A stretch of DNA of 64,000 nt from positions 28,275,772 through 28,339,771 of the forward strand of contig NC_057720.1 in the NCBI RefSeq assembly GCF_004010195.1. The letters are read 5' to 3'. The first letter of the stretch is position 1. Every line of letters begins with the position of its first letter. Shown here in pieces: positions 25,886 to 39,918 of this stretch. A program made the position numbers and the translations under genes. Below the pieces are notes generated by a model that saw only the letters and a list, made by a program, of their open reading frames with translations, did no database searches and was not told where the DNA came from. The DNA comes from Chiloscyllium plagiosum (taxonomy: Eukaryota).

Positions 25886-27112
25886 GTGAGTGTATTTTCC
25901 CATACTGTAATAGCTCCAAATGGAACCAACTCAAAAAAATAGTTGTGACATAGCTTGCTTACTGAAGATCGATTTTGTACCAGCATCAGCAATTCAGAAA
26001 TGAGAGCTAGCCACAATTTAGTTTTTTTTCTTGTGGACAATTAAGCAGGTTTTTCCTTTGATCTTTTTTATTTACTCATGTGAAGCTCTAGCTTTTACAT
26101 CTGGTACTATTTCTTTGCAGTCACCTTTGTTTGGTATTGGAGGTGACCAGCTTGCGTACATTCTGACATACAGATTCTTTCAATTTGCTCCCTGCATACT
26201 CAAAACCCTTTAGTTAGTTCACTTTGATTGATGGCCAGAACTTAACTATTTGAGGATCTAACTGAAAATGCCACATCAGAACAGTTGTAGTTTTCAAAAT
26301 TAATCTTTAACTAAGATGAGTTAATTTTCCTTTCAGTCCCTGTTTCCTGTGTTTGAGTTTCTGCTGCTGCTTTTGGGTGTCAGGAAACATTGAAATGAAA
26401 TGCTTCTCAAGTAATTACAACTGTGCAGGGGTAATCCATCAATGCATATAATTTGGCTATTATTCCAAGTCCACAAGGAGCAGGGAGATTACATACATTA
26501 TTTTACAATAAAGATATATTATTCACATCAGCAATTGCATTTTCAAGATTTTTAAATTTATATAAATCAGAATGTATTATTTATTTCTTTTTGTTATCTA
26601 ATCCCACTATATCTGCGGCATATGGTCACAGTGTTCTAAAATGCTTAGTATTATTTAATATTGGCAAGGCTCAGAAAACATAGAGCTCAAAGCAACAGGA
26701 TTTTTGTGAAATAATGAAAAGTTCCTCAGTAAACTTGTCAATTATAATTACTCTTATCAGTGGTGATACTTTGGTACCTGTTTTGCATCCCTGGGGAAAA
26801 TACCTTTGCTATTCACCCTGATCTGTGCATTTCATGGTTTTATAAACCTCGAAAAACTCACCCCTCAACTTTTTATACTCCAGTGAAAAGAGTCCCAGCC
26901 CATCAAAAACTTCATTCCCAGCAACATCCTGGTCAATCTTATCTCAACCCTTTCCAATTTAATAATACTCTTCCTATAGCAGAGCAACCAGAACTGCACA
27001 GAGTACTCCAGAAGAGGTCTCACCATGTTCTGTACAATTTTAACATGACGTCCCAACTCCTACATTCAAAGATCTGAGCAATGAAGGCAAGCATGTTAAA
27101 TGCCTTCTTAAC

Positions 27113-27636
27113 CTCCCTCGTCAGGTCCACACCCCCCACCAACCCAACCTCCACTACCGGCACCTTCCCCTGCAACCGCAAGAAATGCAAAATTGCGCCC
27201 ACCACCTCCCCCCTTACTTCCCTCCAAGGCCCCAAGGGATACTTCCATATCCACCACAAATTCACCTGCACCTCCACACACATCATTTATTGCATCTGCT
27301 GCACCCGATGTGGCCTCCTCTATATTGGGGAGACAGGCCGCCTACTTGCGGAACGTTTCAGAGAACACCTCTGGGACACCCGGACCAACCAACCCAACCA
27401 CCCCATAGCCCAACACTTTAACTCCCCCTCCCACTCCACCAAGGACAAGCAGGTCCTTGGACTCCTCCATCGCCTTTATCTTAGCCTGCTGGGCACACTT
27501 TCCTCATTCCTGAAGAAGGGCTTATGCCCGAAACGTCGATTCTCCTGTTCCTTGGATGCTGCTTGACCTGCTGCGCTTTTCCAGCAACACATTTTCAGCT
27601 CTGATCTCCAGCATCTGCAGTCCTCACTTTCTCCTC
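27113..27636 (+). mobile_element. PLE family A 3' fragment (GIY-YIG + terminal repeat)
   Basis: ORF 27081..27566 contains CKI..IIYCICCTRCGLLYIGETGRLLAERFREH. Ends gcagtcctcactttctcc. Confidence 0.9.
27510..27537 (+). ncRNA. Minimal hammerhead ribozyme motif, intact core
   Basis: CUGAAGA-A-GGGC-UUAU-GCCC-GAAA-CGUC. Confidence 0.75.
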
Positions 27637-28659
27637 TCTACCATTGATGCAACATTCAAAGAACAATGTACCTGAAGCCCCAAGTCTCTCTGTTCTACAA
27701 CATTACCCAGGGCCCTACCATTAATTGCAAAAGTCCTACCCTTGATTGCTTTACCAAAATGGAAGACCTCACATTTATCCAAATTAAACTTCATATGCCA
27801 CTCCTCAGCCCTTTGATCCAATTGATCAAGATCTCTTTGTAATCTTAGATAATTTGTTCACTGTCCATATTACCACTAATTTTGGCGTAATCCATGTATT
27901 TACTCAACTTGCCTTCTATATTCTAATCCAAATCGTTTATATAAATGACAAATAAAGGTGGCCACAGAAGGGATCCCTAAGTGCAACACCACAAGATGTA
28001 CTAATGATGATATTTGAGTTGGATTCAAGGTTATGTCATGCATTGTGGTCTGGATGATAATACAAGTGCTTGAACTTCAGAGGACAGAATGCATTTTCCT
28101 TCGCAGGCATGGAGTAGGAAGCAGAGAATCAAAGCAGTTGCAGTTAGATTTTGCTGTAACTATTTAGGACATCAGATTAACTGCTAAATGTGTAGATAAG
28201 TTGGTTTCTATTTTAAAATCATGCATTCATGTTTATACAATGTGCACGTAGCTTGGTGAAGCCTTGATTATCCTATACTACACTTCAGACATGCTGCTGC
28301 ATGATTGATATTTTGAAGGCTCTTTTGATTGCTACCTGCATTGTTCATACATGTGTGTACTAAATTTGTGCTTCATTTAAAATGAAAAGGAACCAAAGGA
28401 GAGAGGATTATCTGGATTATTGTCCTGATGGCTTTGAACTGGTTGGACACCATTGCTACTAATCAGTGACTTGGAGTGAGGTGCACTAATTGTTCATTGC
28501 ATACTGCTCTCTTGATATATTGAATTTTATCTAGGAATTAATCATATTTGGATCTTTTCATGCTAAATGTTGATTAAAGTAGCATGTATTGACTGGGTGA
28601 AACTCTGTTGCCAGTATCAATTCAACATTATTTTCAAATCTTGTCACTACCTTTAATTT

Positions 28660-28932
28660 CCAGGTAATGACCTAGTTGTATAACTGTTGGACTGTTAATC
28701 CAGAGACCCAGGTAATGTTCTGGGGATCCGTGTTTGAATAAAAATCTGGAATTAAGAGTCTAACATTAACCAGAAATTTATTGCTGATGGTCGGGAAGAC
28801 CCCTTTGTTCTTTAGGGAGGGAAACCATCATCCTTACGTACAAGACACTGACTCCAGATCCTCAGCAATGTGGTTGAGTCTAAACAATTAGGGGTCGTGG
28901 ATACCCTCATCCTGTAAATGATTTTTAAAAAA
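28660..28932 (+). mobile_element. Old SINE, probably Deu-domain/SacSINE1-like
   Basis: Decayed tRNA-like head, then aaaatctggaattaagagtc..ctttagggaggga..gactccaga..cagcaatgtggttga. Recognised from memory only. Confidence 0.5.
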
Positions 28933-29094
28933 CTAGTTGCAGCTAATAGGATTTTGCAGTTTCCTATCCTCCAAGGCTTGATAGCATGCACAGTCTATAA
29001 ACCAAAGTAGCAGTGGTTAGAGACTTCGTAATACTGAAATAATAATTGAGATGCAGTTCCTAAACTTGCATTTGTCTGACATAGAATATAACTA

Positions 29095-29310
29095 GAATCA
29101 TAGCATCCCCACAATGCAGAAAGAGGCCATTTGCCTATTGAGTCTGCACTGACCCGCCAAAACCCCACACCATACCCTACCCTCACCCTGTAATCCTGCA
29201 TTTACCATAGCTAATCTACCAAGTTTACACAATCCTGGACACTATGGGCAATTTAGCTTGGCCAGTCCACCTATCCTGCACATTTTTGGACCTTCGGAAG
29301 AAACCAGAAG
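29095..29310 (-). mobile_element. Old HE1-like SINE fragment
   Basis: cactatgggcaatttagcttggccagtccacct is the reverse complement of the SINE body. Confidence 0.65.
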
Positions 29311-29329
29311 GGATATTTCAAAGTAAAGG

Positions 29330-29606
29330 GGTGTCAATATAAAACTGAAATGAAGAGGAAACTCTTTTCTCAGAGGGTTGAGAGTCTTTGAAACTCTTTG
29401 CCACAGAGATTTTTGGGGAGGAGGCGCAGAGCCTTTATGTACCTTTAAGGTTGATACAGATAGATTCTTGATCAGTTGGGGAATCAAGGGTTACAAGCAA
29501 ATTGCAGGAAAATGGACTGAGAAGTGTTGGATCAGCTGTGATTCTATTGAATAGCGGAGCAGGTGTTATGGACTGAATGGTCAACTCCTGTTCCTATTTC
29601 TTATGG
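29330..29606 (+). mobile_element. CR1 LINE 3' fragment
   Basis: ttttctcagagggttg..gatagattcttgatc..cctgttcctatttcttatg, similar to 21950-22110. Confidence 0.65.
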
Positions 29607-31877
29607 TGCGGTGATATTCAGCAGCTTTTATTGTCAGATATGCTGCAGTACCATGAAATCACTGCATAGATAGGCAAAGGTAGACAGAAGACAGCATTAA
29701 GGGAATATCCAAGTAATTAGGTCAGTATTGTATGAAATAATGTTGATTCAGAATGTTTGCTTTCTGTTGGCTTCTAGAGCATTAGAGCATAAAGAATAGG
29801 AACACGTGTAATCCCTTGAGTCTGCTCTGCTCTTTAGTAAGATCATGGTTGTTCAACTCCACTTCCCACACTATCTCCATATTCCTTAATTCCTACCAAA
29901 AAAAAGGTTATTAGAATGTACTCAATAACTGAGCATCCATTGCTCATGGATGAGGCTGCAGGGATGCCTCAACAAGTGACATATTTCACTGAGCACTCTT
30001 TAGTGAAGTGGAGGTGTAACATACTTGCTGAGGCTGTGCTTGGAGAAATCCTCCATGTTGCATCACGCAGAGAATCCTTCTCTTCCTCCATCCCTCTTGC
30101 AGCTGCTTATCCTTTGCTCTTTCCCCCTATAAAGCAGGAAGGATAAAGAGATAGAAACACAGCACAGAAACTGAGGAGAATCCTTGAAATGAGAACCATA
30201 TGCCACACCAGTCCCATAAGACTTCTTCAATTAAGTAGCAGCAGAAATAACTAAATACTACTTCTAACCTGGCAACAGACAGGGATTAGCCTGAAAGTTA
30301 TTGATGATTCTTATCAGTAACACTGGTGAAGAGGTCCTTCTTGCTGTTGGACAATTGCACATCAGCTGTGTGAGCTTAAGGGCATAGGCTAGCCACAGCA
30401 CTCAATCTGAAAACACCTTCAATAGGGTAACATCAGATTAACATGATCTGCCTATTGTGCATACTTGCAGTATTCAAGGCCAGCACCCACATAAGCAACC
30501 TCTTAAAATGGCATCCATTATAGCCAATGCAAAAAGTATATACATTGGTATGAATGCCACTTTGGACCCAAAACAGCACTTTGCTACAAATTGAATTTTT
30601 TGAACAAAAGACCTATGTCTTGAATATAACTTTCTAGTAATATTTTCAGTTTTGTCTCTATTACCTTCATGGAAGTTTCTTAGTTACAATATTTCTAATA
30701 TTAGTATATCATTGTCGATCAATTGCCATGTAGGTATTGATAATAAGTCATGTGGTTCAATTAATATCAGTCTCTGTTTTGACTAATCTCAAACTTGGCT
30801 TCATTCCTACTTGGTATTTCTTTCCACCTCTTTCTCCTCCTGAAGATATCTCATAAATAAATTTGCGCTCTTTACTTCAATGATCTTGCATGGAAACTTA
30901 TCCTTTTAACTATTATCTTTTGTGTAATACAATTTGCTTTTTCCACATTTTCTATTTTTAATTTTTTTTTTATATTTATGAACATTTTCTCCATACTGAT
31001 TAATTTGCCCAAATCAATTTTCTGTACTCGCTATAATTTTGTAAACCTGTATTGAATCACCTTTGATTTTCCTCTTTTTGAATTTCAGCCTGTCTCCATT
31101 CTTGATCATTTAGGTTTTTGATGGTTCTGGTTGCCCTGCAGTGGCCTGTGCCACAATAAAGTAGTTTTGATTTATTTTCTATCCCACTCTGAATAAATCA
31201 AAACTGTCTAGGTAAAAAAAAAATTATAAAAGGAGAGAAAGGAAATGAAACCAAAAGCAGAGTTCATTTTCAGCTTTTTATTAAAGCATAAATTAATTGC
31301 ATGACGGTGCTTATGAAATTCTGATGGAGTAGAATGATGGTCGAAGATTCTGACATAGGTGTTAAAGCACAGGTAAGGAGTATGCACTAAAGACATGAGT
31401 CAGAAGACCAAAAACTGAGACAAGAGCAATGCTATAGATAAACAAAGATTTAAAAAAAGTAAGATGAAGCCTTGGATAAATTTGAGAACAAGGGTAAAGA
31501 CATTAATTCCGTGAGTGATGGAACAAGAAATCCGTGTGCGTGCATAAATGAGGAACAGCTCAAGCATAAATTAGAAAATAACTTTATTCATTCACAAAAT
31601 GACATTTACATTTGCAGATACCTCATTTATTAATCAAAGAAGAAAGAAGTTCAAGTAGCATATTGTGGTGATGAAAGGAATAAAGAGTATGAGGATTGAA
31701 AATTGAGAGCTTTACCAAATCCAGTTACTTAAAATTGTGGCTGTGTAAAAGAGAGCAGGACCTTTAGCTGGTGAAAGGGTGATTATGCCAGTCACAGTGG
31801 TCATGCACTTATAAAACACACAGTGAGCAAAGGAAAACTTTTCATTATTACTAAATTCTTGTTCATTTCTACTGCAG

Positions 31878-32064
31878 ATTAAACGAAGCCCCTGTGAAAG
31901 GTTTTGAAAAAGATGTTGGAGCAAAGACAACTCTTCGAATTACATATCCAGAAGGTGCCATACAAAAGCCAGCTCGTTATGAGAAGGACTCACTTTTTGT
32001 GTTTGCTGGATTCAAACCTCAAGATTTCAAATGGCTGAAATATATTGTTTACAAAGAAAAAGTG
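31878..32064 (+). CDS. ST3GAL3: ST3GAL3-type sialyltransferase exon (187 nt), C-terminal half of sialylmotif L
   Basis: Acceptor tttctactgcAG and donor GTG|gtaaga. Translates (R)LNEAPVKGFEKDVGAKTTLRITYPEGAIQKPARYEKDSLFVFAGFKPQDFKWLKYIVYKEKV, overlapping ORF 31894..32226. In frame with the previous exon (AG|A = Arg). Confidence 0.96.
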
Positions 32065-34087
32065 GTAAGAATTCTTCATGTGTGTTCGTGGCATTGTCTG
32101 AACAATAAAGGCACAGCAGACAAGATTGTTATGTTTTGTGATTCTGGCCTATTAAATGTCTGGTATAGTAAATTTTCAAGTTCAGTTCTTTTACTTGAAT
32201 GGAAAATGTTAAATGTGATTCACTGAATAAAATGCACATTGGAAATTTCTTATTAATTATTCCCTGTTGACGTAACATGAACAAGGTGAATTCTTGAATA
32301 ACCAGAGTACATTATCAGACTTCAGAGACCATCAGAACAAATAGTAGGCTTCATTGGGAGTGACAACAGAGGCAACGTTTCATCAGTAGTGGTGATAATA
32401 AGAATTAATCTTAATAGTCATAAAAAATAACAGGCATAAATAAACTGTAAATGATTATAGTGTCCAATAGTTTTGAACAAGTTCATCTGCCTAGCTCGGT
32501 ACTATAATAGAAGACTTAACTGTCTGCCGATAACTATGTATTTGCTTTTCAGTAACATTTGGAGAATTTTGAAAATGTTTCAGATCTCATGCCAACTGTC
32601 ATTATGCTGGCAATGAATTAGAATATAGTAAATATTTGCTTCTCTACAAAAGACTTGAAACTTGGATAATAATTCTGTTTATTCTGCCATTGATGAGTTA
32701 TCTGATGTTCTGTAGAATAGCACGTGAGGAGAAAGAGTAGATTGATTATCCCACAGTAAGAACTGTAAGTAAACCAGTAGCCTTTAGGTATGCTATTTAT
32801 GAAATGGAATATGCTGAAATTTGTTAATAGTACTTGATTATACTTTTTCTGCAGTCAAGATCAAAATTATCTGCTTCACATTAGGAACCATCACTGTTTG
32901 TATTTAGAATTTGACAGTGAGAGAAGTCTCATCATGATCATTTAAATGTACAGTACCAGTTTTACTTAATCTTAGTCATTTTTGCATACAATCTTTAATA
33001 CTGTAGTTTCTATGTTTACTAGTAAGATTTAACACCATTGCTACAACAAACCTGTTTGTATTTAGTGGTCTGTGATGGTGTCACTTTCCATTATAGAAAG
33101 TAATTTAGATAGTGTGACTTGAATATATTGTTGTTATATTAAGAAAGATACGTAATTTTGGCATACAAGAATGGGAAATAATGGTGGTCGTCTGTTATGC
33201 TGTATTCTTACTCCTTTATGCACTCAGTGAAATTCTGCCATGCTGAAGTACAGCCAGATATGTAACTTGCAGATGGTGGAATTGTATGTGTGCTTTTCTT
33301 GCACTATAAACTGATAAATATAGGTTGGATTCTTTCTTTTATTCTTATTTTGGGACTGAAACCTTGGAAATTGCTTTTGCAAATTCCCTGTGCTTGATGC
33401 TATATTTTGAGATCGTGCCTAAACAACACATTCTCATATTGTTTCATTTTTGCAGTGCATAATTGATTTAAAAGTGCAGCCCCTTTAATTTATTTTTGTA
33501 CGGCCATGCTTGCAGTGTAAGTTGAAACAATTTGTGAATAGCCTGTGTGAAATATTTTGATAGCTGCTTGACTGCAAAGCTTGAAGAGGATGTTGGAACA
33601 ATTTCCATCATCAAAAACTAGAAAGAAACGGCATGCAGCTAGACTTAAAAAGCAGCTTGACTTGGCAAATGAGTGGCAACTAACATGCCACACAAGTACC
33701 TGAAATGACCACCTCTCACAAGAGTGGACTTAACCACTCTATTTCATATTCAATGCCATTATAAATGCCAAGTCCTCCATTAATACCATGAGAATCAACA
33801 TTGTGGGAAAATTCAATAGGACCAGCCACATAAATACCATGACTGAACAGAAGATCAAACGTATGAGCCAATAGTGGCACAACTGCCCACAAGTCCAAGA
33901 GTGTGGTTGAATAGATTTGCCTGAGTAAAGTAGGTCTGATCAGCATCTCATCCACAGTGTTTTCTGTGAGATTGTGAGCTCAAAAAATGGTGGAACTTAT
34001 TGAAGTACTGAGCAATTCTCTTTCATTCAATGCCTTGTTAAAAGTGGGGGATTTATGGTGCTCGCTCCTCACATCTCATTAGCACAT

Positions 34088-34849
34088 GGATATAGGTTTG
34101 CTTGCTGAGCTGGAAGGTTTACTTTCAGACATTTCATCACCTTAATAGGTAAGATCTCCAATGAGCCTCTGAATGAAGCACTGACAGTATAGCCCGCTTT
34201 CCATTTATATGTTTGAGTTTCCTTGGGTTGGTGACGTCATTTCCTGTGGTGACATAATTTCCTGTTCTTTTTCTCAAGGCTTGGTAAATAGGATCCATGT
34301 CAACGCGTTTGTTGATAGAATTCCAGTTGGAATGCCATGCTTTGAGGAATTTTCGTCCATGTCTCTGTTTGGCTTGTGCTAGGATAGATGTGTTGTCCCA
34401 GTCGAAGTGGTGTCCTTCCTCATCCGTATGTCGTTTTGTGGCTAGTTAATGTTCATGTATCCTGGTGGCTAGTTTTCTGCCAGTTTTTTCCAATGTAGTG
34501 TTTGTTATAGTTCTGGCAAGGTATTTTGTAAATGACATTAGTTTTGCTTGTTGTCTGTATAGGGTCTTTCAAGTTCATTAACTGCAGTTTTAGTGTGTTG
34601 GTGGGTTTGTGGGCTACTATGATGCCAAGGAGTCTGAGTAGTCTGGCAGTTGTTTCCAAGATGTCTTTGATTTAGGAATCTCAAATATATAAATAGAAAG
34701 CGGCCACACCTCCAGTGCTTCATTTAGAGGCTCACTGGAGATGTTACCAAGTATAGTGACGAAATGTCTGAAAACGAAACCTCCAGCCCAGCGAGCAAAC
34801 CTACATCCAGAACCTAAACCTGAGCTACAAATCTTTTCAAAACTCGCTA
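34088..34849. mobile_element. PLE family B fragment with inverted termini
   Basis: Minus-strand GIY-YIG NVIYKIPCQNYNKHYIG (34453..34659). Terminal repeats lie in opposite orientation at the two ends. ttagcacat occurs on both flanks. Confidence 0.85.
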
Positions 34850-35480
34850 TTTTTAGCACATTACAGTAGGTAATATAGCCTTCAGTAAAGTTCCAGTGAG
34901 AGACTAAATCTGTATCTTTCTGAAAGTATCAGGCATGAAATGGATATTTCTAATGTCAAGTTTAGATGAGTGTTAAACTTATCCATAGAAAGACAGTCCA
35001 GGGATATTGATTTTTTTGAAATATTACACTGAAGAAACACTGAGAAACCAATGAAAAACATAGAGGATTTGACATTTTTTCATCATGTTCAGCCCTGCTT
35101 CTTGGTATAATGTTGGTTCACACTATCTTTGAACATCATCAGGGTTGGAACAAATAACTTCCCTCTTTTGCACAGCACAGTTTGTACAGATTCAGAGCAT
35201 TAGGTCAGCCGTTACTAGTGAAGTCTTAATACAGCCAAATACCTTACTTTTCCCATTGTGTTTAGTGCTAATTTTGGCTAAGCTTGATGGAATAACTTCC
35301 CTCTACAGGACCAGACACAAAACATAGAAACGAAAAGCAGGAGTAGGTCATTTGGCCCTTCAAGCCTGCTCTACCATTCAATATGATCATGGCTGTCACA
35401 ATATCAACACCATATTCCTGCTTTCCCTCCATACCCTTGATGTCTTTAATGCCTAAAAATTTATGAATCTCTTTCCTGAA

Positions 35481-36089
35481 TATAGAACATAGAACATAGA
35501 AGAATACAGCGCAGTACAGGCCCTTCGGCCCTCGATGTTGCGCCGATCCAAGCCCACCTAACCTACACTAGCCCACTATCCTCCATATGCCTATCCAATG
35601 CCCACTTAAATGCCCATAATAAGGGAGAGTGCACCACTGCTACTGGCAGGGCATTCCATGAACTCACGACTCGCTGAGTAAAGAACCTACCCCTAACATC
35701 TGTCCTATACCTACCCCCCCTTAATTTAAAGCTATGCCCCCTTGTAATAGCTGACTCCATACGTGGAAAAAGATTCTCACTGTCGACCCTATCTAAACCT
35801 CTAATCATCTTATACACCTCTATCAAGTCACCCCTAAACCTTCTTTTCTCCAATGAAAACAACACCAAGTGCCTCAGCCTTTCCTCATACGATTTTTCTA
35901 CCATACCAGGCAACATCCTGGTAAACCTCCTCTGCACCCGTTCCAGTGCCTCCACATCCTTCCTATAGTATGGCGACCAAAACTGCACACAATACTCCAG
36001 ATGCGGCCGCACCAGAGTCTTATACAACTGCAACATGACCTCAGTACTCCGGAACTCAATTCCTCTACCAATAAAAGCCAGTACGCCAT
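35481..36089 (-). mobile_element. Young 5'-truncated CR1 LINE nested in an older CR1 3' end (about 35322-36170)
   Basis: Uninterrupted ORF 35563..36036 (LYKTLVRPHLEYCVQFWSP..WNALP) and an (agaacat)n tail. Confidence 0.9.
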
Positions 36090-36171
36090 ATACTCAGTGG
36101 TCTACCATTCTGAAGTAGCAAATTCCATAGGTGCATCATGCTGAGTGAAGAAATGTTTTCTCAACTTAGTC

Positions 36172-36518
36172 AGAGAGTCATAGAGATGTACAGCACAGAA
36201 GCAGACCCTTTGGTTCAACTTGTCCATGCCAACCAGTTATTCCAACCTAATCTCGTCCTATTTACCAGCACTTGGCCCATATCCCTCTAAACCCTTCCTA
36301 TTCATATACCCATCCAGATGTCTTTTAAATGTTGCAATTGTATCAGCCTCCACCACTTTCTCTGGCAGCTCATTTCATACACGCACCACCCTTTTTGTGA
36401 AAACTTTGTCCCTTAGGTCCCTTTTATATCTTTCCCCTCTCACCCTGAACCTATGCCCTCGAGTTCTGGACCCCCCCCCCCCCCCAGGGAAAAGACTTTA
36501 TCTATTTATCCTATCCAT
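36172..36518 (-). mobile_element. CR1/HER1 3' fragment
   Basis: Similar to 11715-12060, 51628-51950 and 61615-61880. Confidence 0.8.
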
Positions 36519-36817
36519 GTGTTGGAAAATTACAGCATTCTGCTGTGCAGAGGAACTCTGAGTGTCCTTGTGTATGAATCACAAAAAATTGGTTTGCAGG
36601 TGCAGCAGGTAATTAAGAAGGCAAATAGAATATTGTACTTCATTTATAGAGCAATGAAGTTTAAAAACAGGGAAGTTGTACTAAGCTGTATAGGGTGCTG
36701 ATGAGGCCACGTCTGGAGTACTGTGTACAGTTTTGGGCTCCTCACTTGAGTATTGCTATACTGGCACTGGAGGGGATGCAGAGGATGTTCACTAGGTTGA
36801 TTCTGAAGTTGAGGAAA

Positions 36818-39800
36818 GAGAATAGAACATTACAGCACAGTACAGGCCCTTCGGCACTCAATGTTGTGCTGCTCTGTGAAACCAAGCTGAAGTCCATCTA
36901 ACCTACACTATTCCGTTCTCATCCATATATCTATCCAATGACCACTTAAATGCCCTGAAAGTTGGCAAGATTACAACTGTTGCAGGTGGTGCATTCCATG
37001 CCCCTACTACTCTATAATTAAAGAAGCTATGTCTGACATCTGCCATCTATCTATCACCCCTCAATGTGAAGCTATACCTTCTCGTGCTGGCCATCACCAT
37101 TCTCAGAAAAAGGCGCTCAATGTCCACCCGATGTAACCCTCTGATTATCTTATATGTCTCAATTAAGTCACCTCTCAAACTTCTCTCTAATGAAAACAGC
37201 CTCAAGTCCCTCAACCTTTCCTTGTAAGACCTTCCCTTCATACCAGGCAGCATCCTAGTAAATCTCCTCTGAACCTTTTCTAAAGCTTCCATATCCTTCC
37301 TATAATGCAGAGACCAGAACTGCACGCAATATTCTTAAGTGCGGCCGCAGTAGAATTTTGTACAGCTGCAGCATGACTTCATGATTCTGAAACTCGATCA
37401 CTCTACTAATAAAAGCTGACACACCGTATGCCTTATTAACAGCCCTATCAACCTGGGTGGCAACTTTGAGGAATCTATGTACATAGACACCGAGATCTCT
37501 CTACTCATCCACACTACCAAGAATCTTACCATTAGCCCAGTACTCTGCATTCCTGTTACTCTTTCCAAAGTGAATCACCTCACACTTTTCTGCATTAAAC
37601 TCCATTTGTCACCTCTCACCCCAGCTCTGCAGCTTATCTATGTCCCTCTGTAACCTGCAACATCCTTCAGCACTATCCACAACTGTACCAACCTTAGTGT
37701 CATTCGCAAATTTACTAACCCTTCTACGCCCTCAGCCACATCGTTTATAGAAATGACAAGCAGCAGTGGACCCAAAACAGATTCTTGTGATCTCCACTAG
37801 TAACTAAACTCCAGGATGAATATTTCCCTTCAACCACCATCCTCTGTCTTCTTTCAGCTAGCCAACTTCTGATCCAAACCACTAAATCACCCTCAATCCC
37901 ATGCCTCCATATTTTGTACATTAGCCTACCATGGGGAACCTTATCAAATGCCTTACTAAAATCCATATACACCACATCAACCACTTTACCTTCAGCCACC
38001 TGTTTGGTCACCTTTTCGAATAACTCACTAAGGTTTGTGAGGCACAAACTACCCTTCACAAAACTGTATTGACTATCCCTAATCAACTTATCCCTCTCCA
38101 GATGATTATAAATCCTATCTCTTACAACCTTTTCCAACACTTTACCCACAACCAAAGTCAGGCTCACTAATGTGTAATTGCCAAGGTTGTCTCTACTCCC
38201 CTTCTTGAACATTTGCTATCCTCCAGTCTTCTGGTACTACTCCTATAGACAATGCCGACATAAAGATCAAAACCAAAGGCTTGACAATCTCCACCCTGGC
38301 TTCCCAGAGAATCCCACAATAAATCCATTCCAGCCCAGGAGAGTTATCTATTTTCACACTTTCCAGAATTTCTAACACCACCTCCTTGTGAACCTGAATC
38401 CCATCTAGCCTCGTAGCCTGTTTTTTCAGTATTCTCCTCGGCAACATTGTTTTTTTCCAGTGTGAATACTGACGAAAAATATTAATTTAGCACTTCCCCT
38501 ATCTCCTCTGACTCCACGCACATCCTCCCACTATCGTCCTTGATTGGCCCTAATCTTACCATAGTCATTCTTTTATTCCTTATATACCTATAGAAAGCTT
38601 TAGGGTTTTCCCTGATCCTACCCGCCAACAACTTCTCATGTCCCATCCTCACTGGTCTTTGCTGTCTCCTGGCTACCTTGTAACTCTCAATTGCCCTAAT
38701 TGAGCCTTCATATCTCATCCTAACATAAGCTGCCTTCTTTCTCTTGACAAGAGATTCAACTTCCTTAGTAAACCATGGCTCCTGCGCTTGACAACTTTCT
38801 CCCTGTCTGACAGGTGCATACTTACCAAGGACACACCGTAGCTGTTCCTTGAATAAGCTCCACATTTCTATTGTTCCCCATTTATTGCAGTTTCCTTCCC
38901 CATCTTACGTATCCTAAATCTTGTCGAAGCGCATCGTAATTGCCTTTCCCCCAGCTGTAGCTCTCACCCTCAGGTACATACCTATCCCTTTCCATTGCTA
39001 AAGTAAACATATCCGAATTGTGGTCACTATCACCGAAGTGCTCACGTACCTCCAAGTTTAACACCTGGCTGGGTTCATTACCCAGTACCAAACATAATGT
39101 GGCCTCACCCCGTGTTGACCTTTCTACATATTGTGTCAGAAAACCCTCCTGTATACAATCGACAAAGACTAACCCATCTAAAGTACTTAAACTATTGTAT
39201 TCCCATTCGATATTTGGAAAGTTAAAGTCCCCCATAACAACTACTCTGTCACTCTTGCTCTTATTGCGAATCATCTTTGCTATCCTTTCCTCTAAATCTC
39301 TGGAACTATTCAGAGGCTTATAGAAAAGTCCTGACAGGGTGACCTCTCCTTTCCTGTTTCTAATCTCAGCCCATACTACCTCAGTAGACGAGTCCTCAAA
39401 TGTTCTTTCTGCAGCCGTAATACTCTCCTTGACTAACAATATCACACCCCTACCTCTTTTACCATCTTCTCTGTTCTTCCTGAAATCTCTGAATCACAGA
39501 ACCCACAACAACCATTCCTGTCCCTGCTCTACCCATGTCTCTGAAATGGCCACAACATCAAAATCCCAGGTACCAACCCATGCTGCAAGTTCACCCATTT
39601 CATTCCGGATGCTCCTGGTGTTGAAATATGTACACTTCAAACCAATGTCTTGCTTGCCGGTCCCCTCTTTCGACCCTGAAACCTTATTTTCAGACGTCCC
39701 TACTCTCAAACGTCTCTGTACATGAACTACAATTTAGGCTCCTCTCCCCCTGCTGAATTAGTTTAAACCCAATCGAAGAGCATTAGCAAATATTCCCCCC

Positions 39801-39918
39801 AGGGATATTGGTACCCCTCTGGTTCAGGTGAAGACCATCCTGTTTGTCGAGGTTCCACATAACCCCAAAAGAACCCCAGTTATCCAGGAATTCAAAACCC
39901 TCCCTCCTGCACCATCCC
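36818..39918 (-). mobile_element. Degenerate near-full ORF2 CR1 LINE inserted in an older + strand CR1 piece (36520-36815 and 39920-40335)
   Basis: ORFs 39494..39709 (FNTRS, ISETW), 38882..39445 (MGDFN, DSDHN), 37745..38212 (DFSKAFDKVPH) and 37047..37325. ORF1 DGLHLN remnant near 39820-39840. Confidence 0.92.

Larger units (their letters stand above)
26790..27965 (-). mobile_element. CR1 LINE fragment interrupted by a PLE
   Basis: ORFs 26865..27056 (VRPLLEYSVQFW) and 27624..27821 (MKFNLDKCEVFHFG). Confidence 0.8.

Noticed and set aside
32065..32226. C-terminal extension of ORF 31894..32226 (VRILHVCSW...)
   Set aside because: Read-through past a canonical gtaaga donor into intron, with no sialyltransferase similarity.
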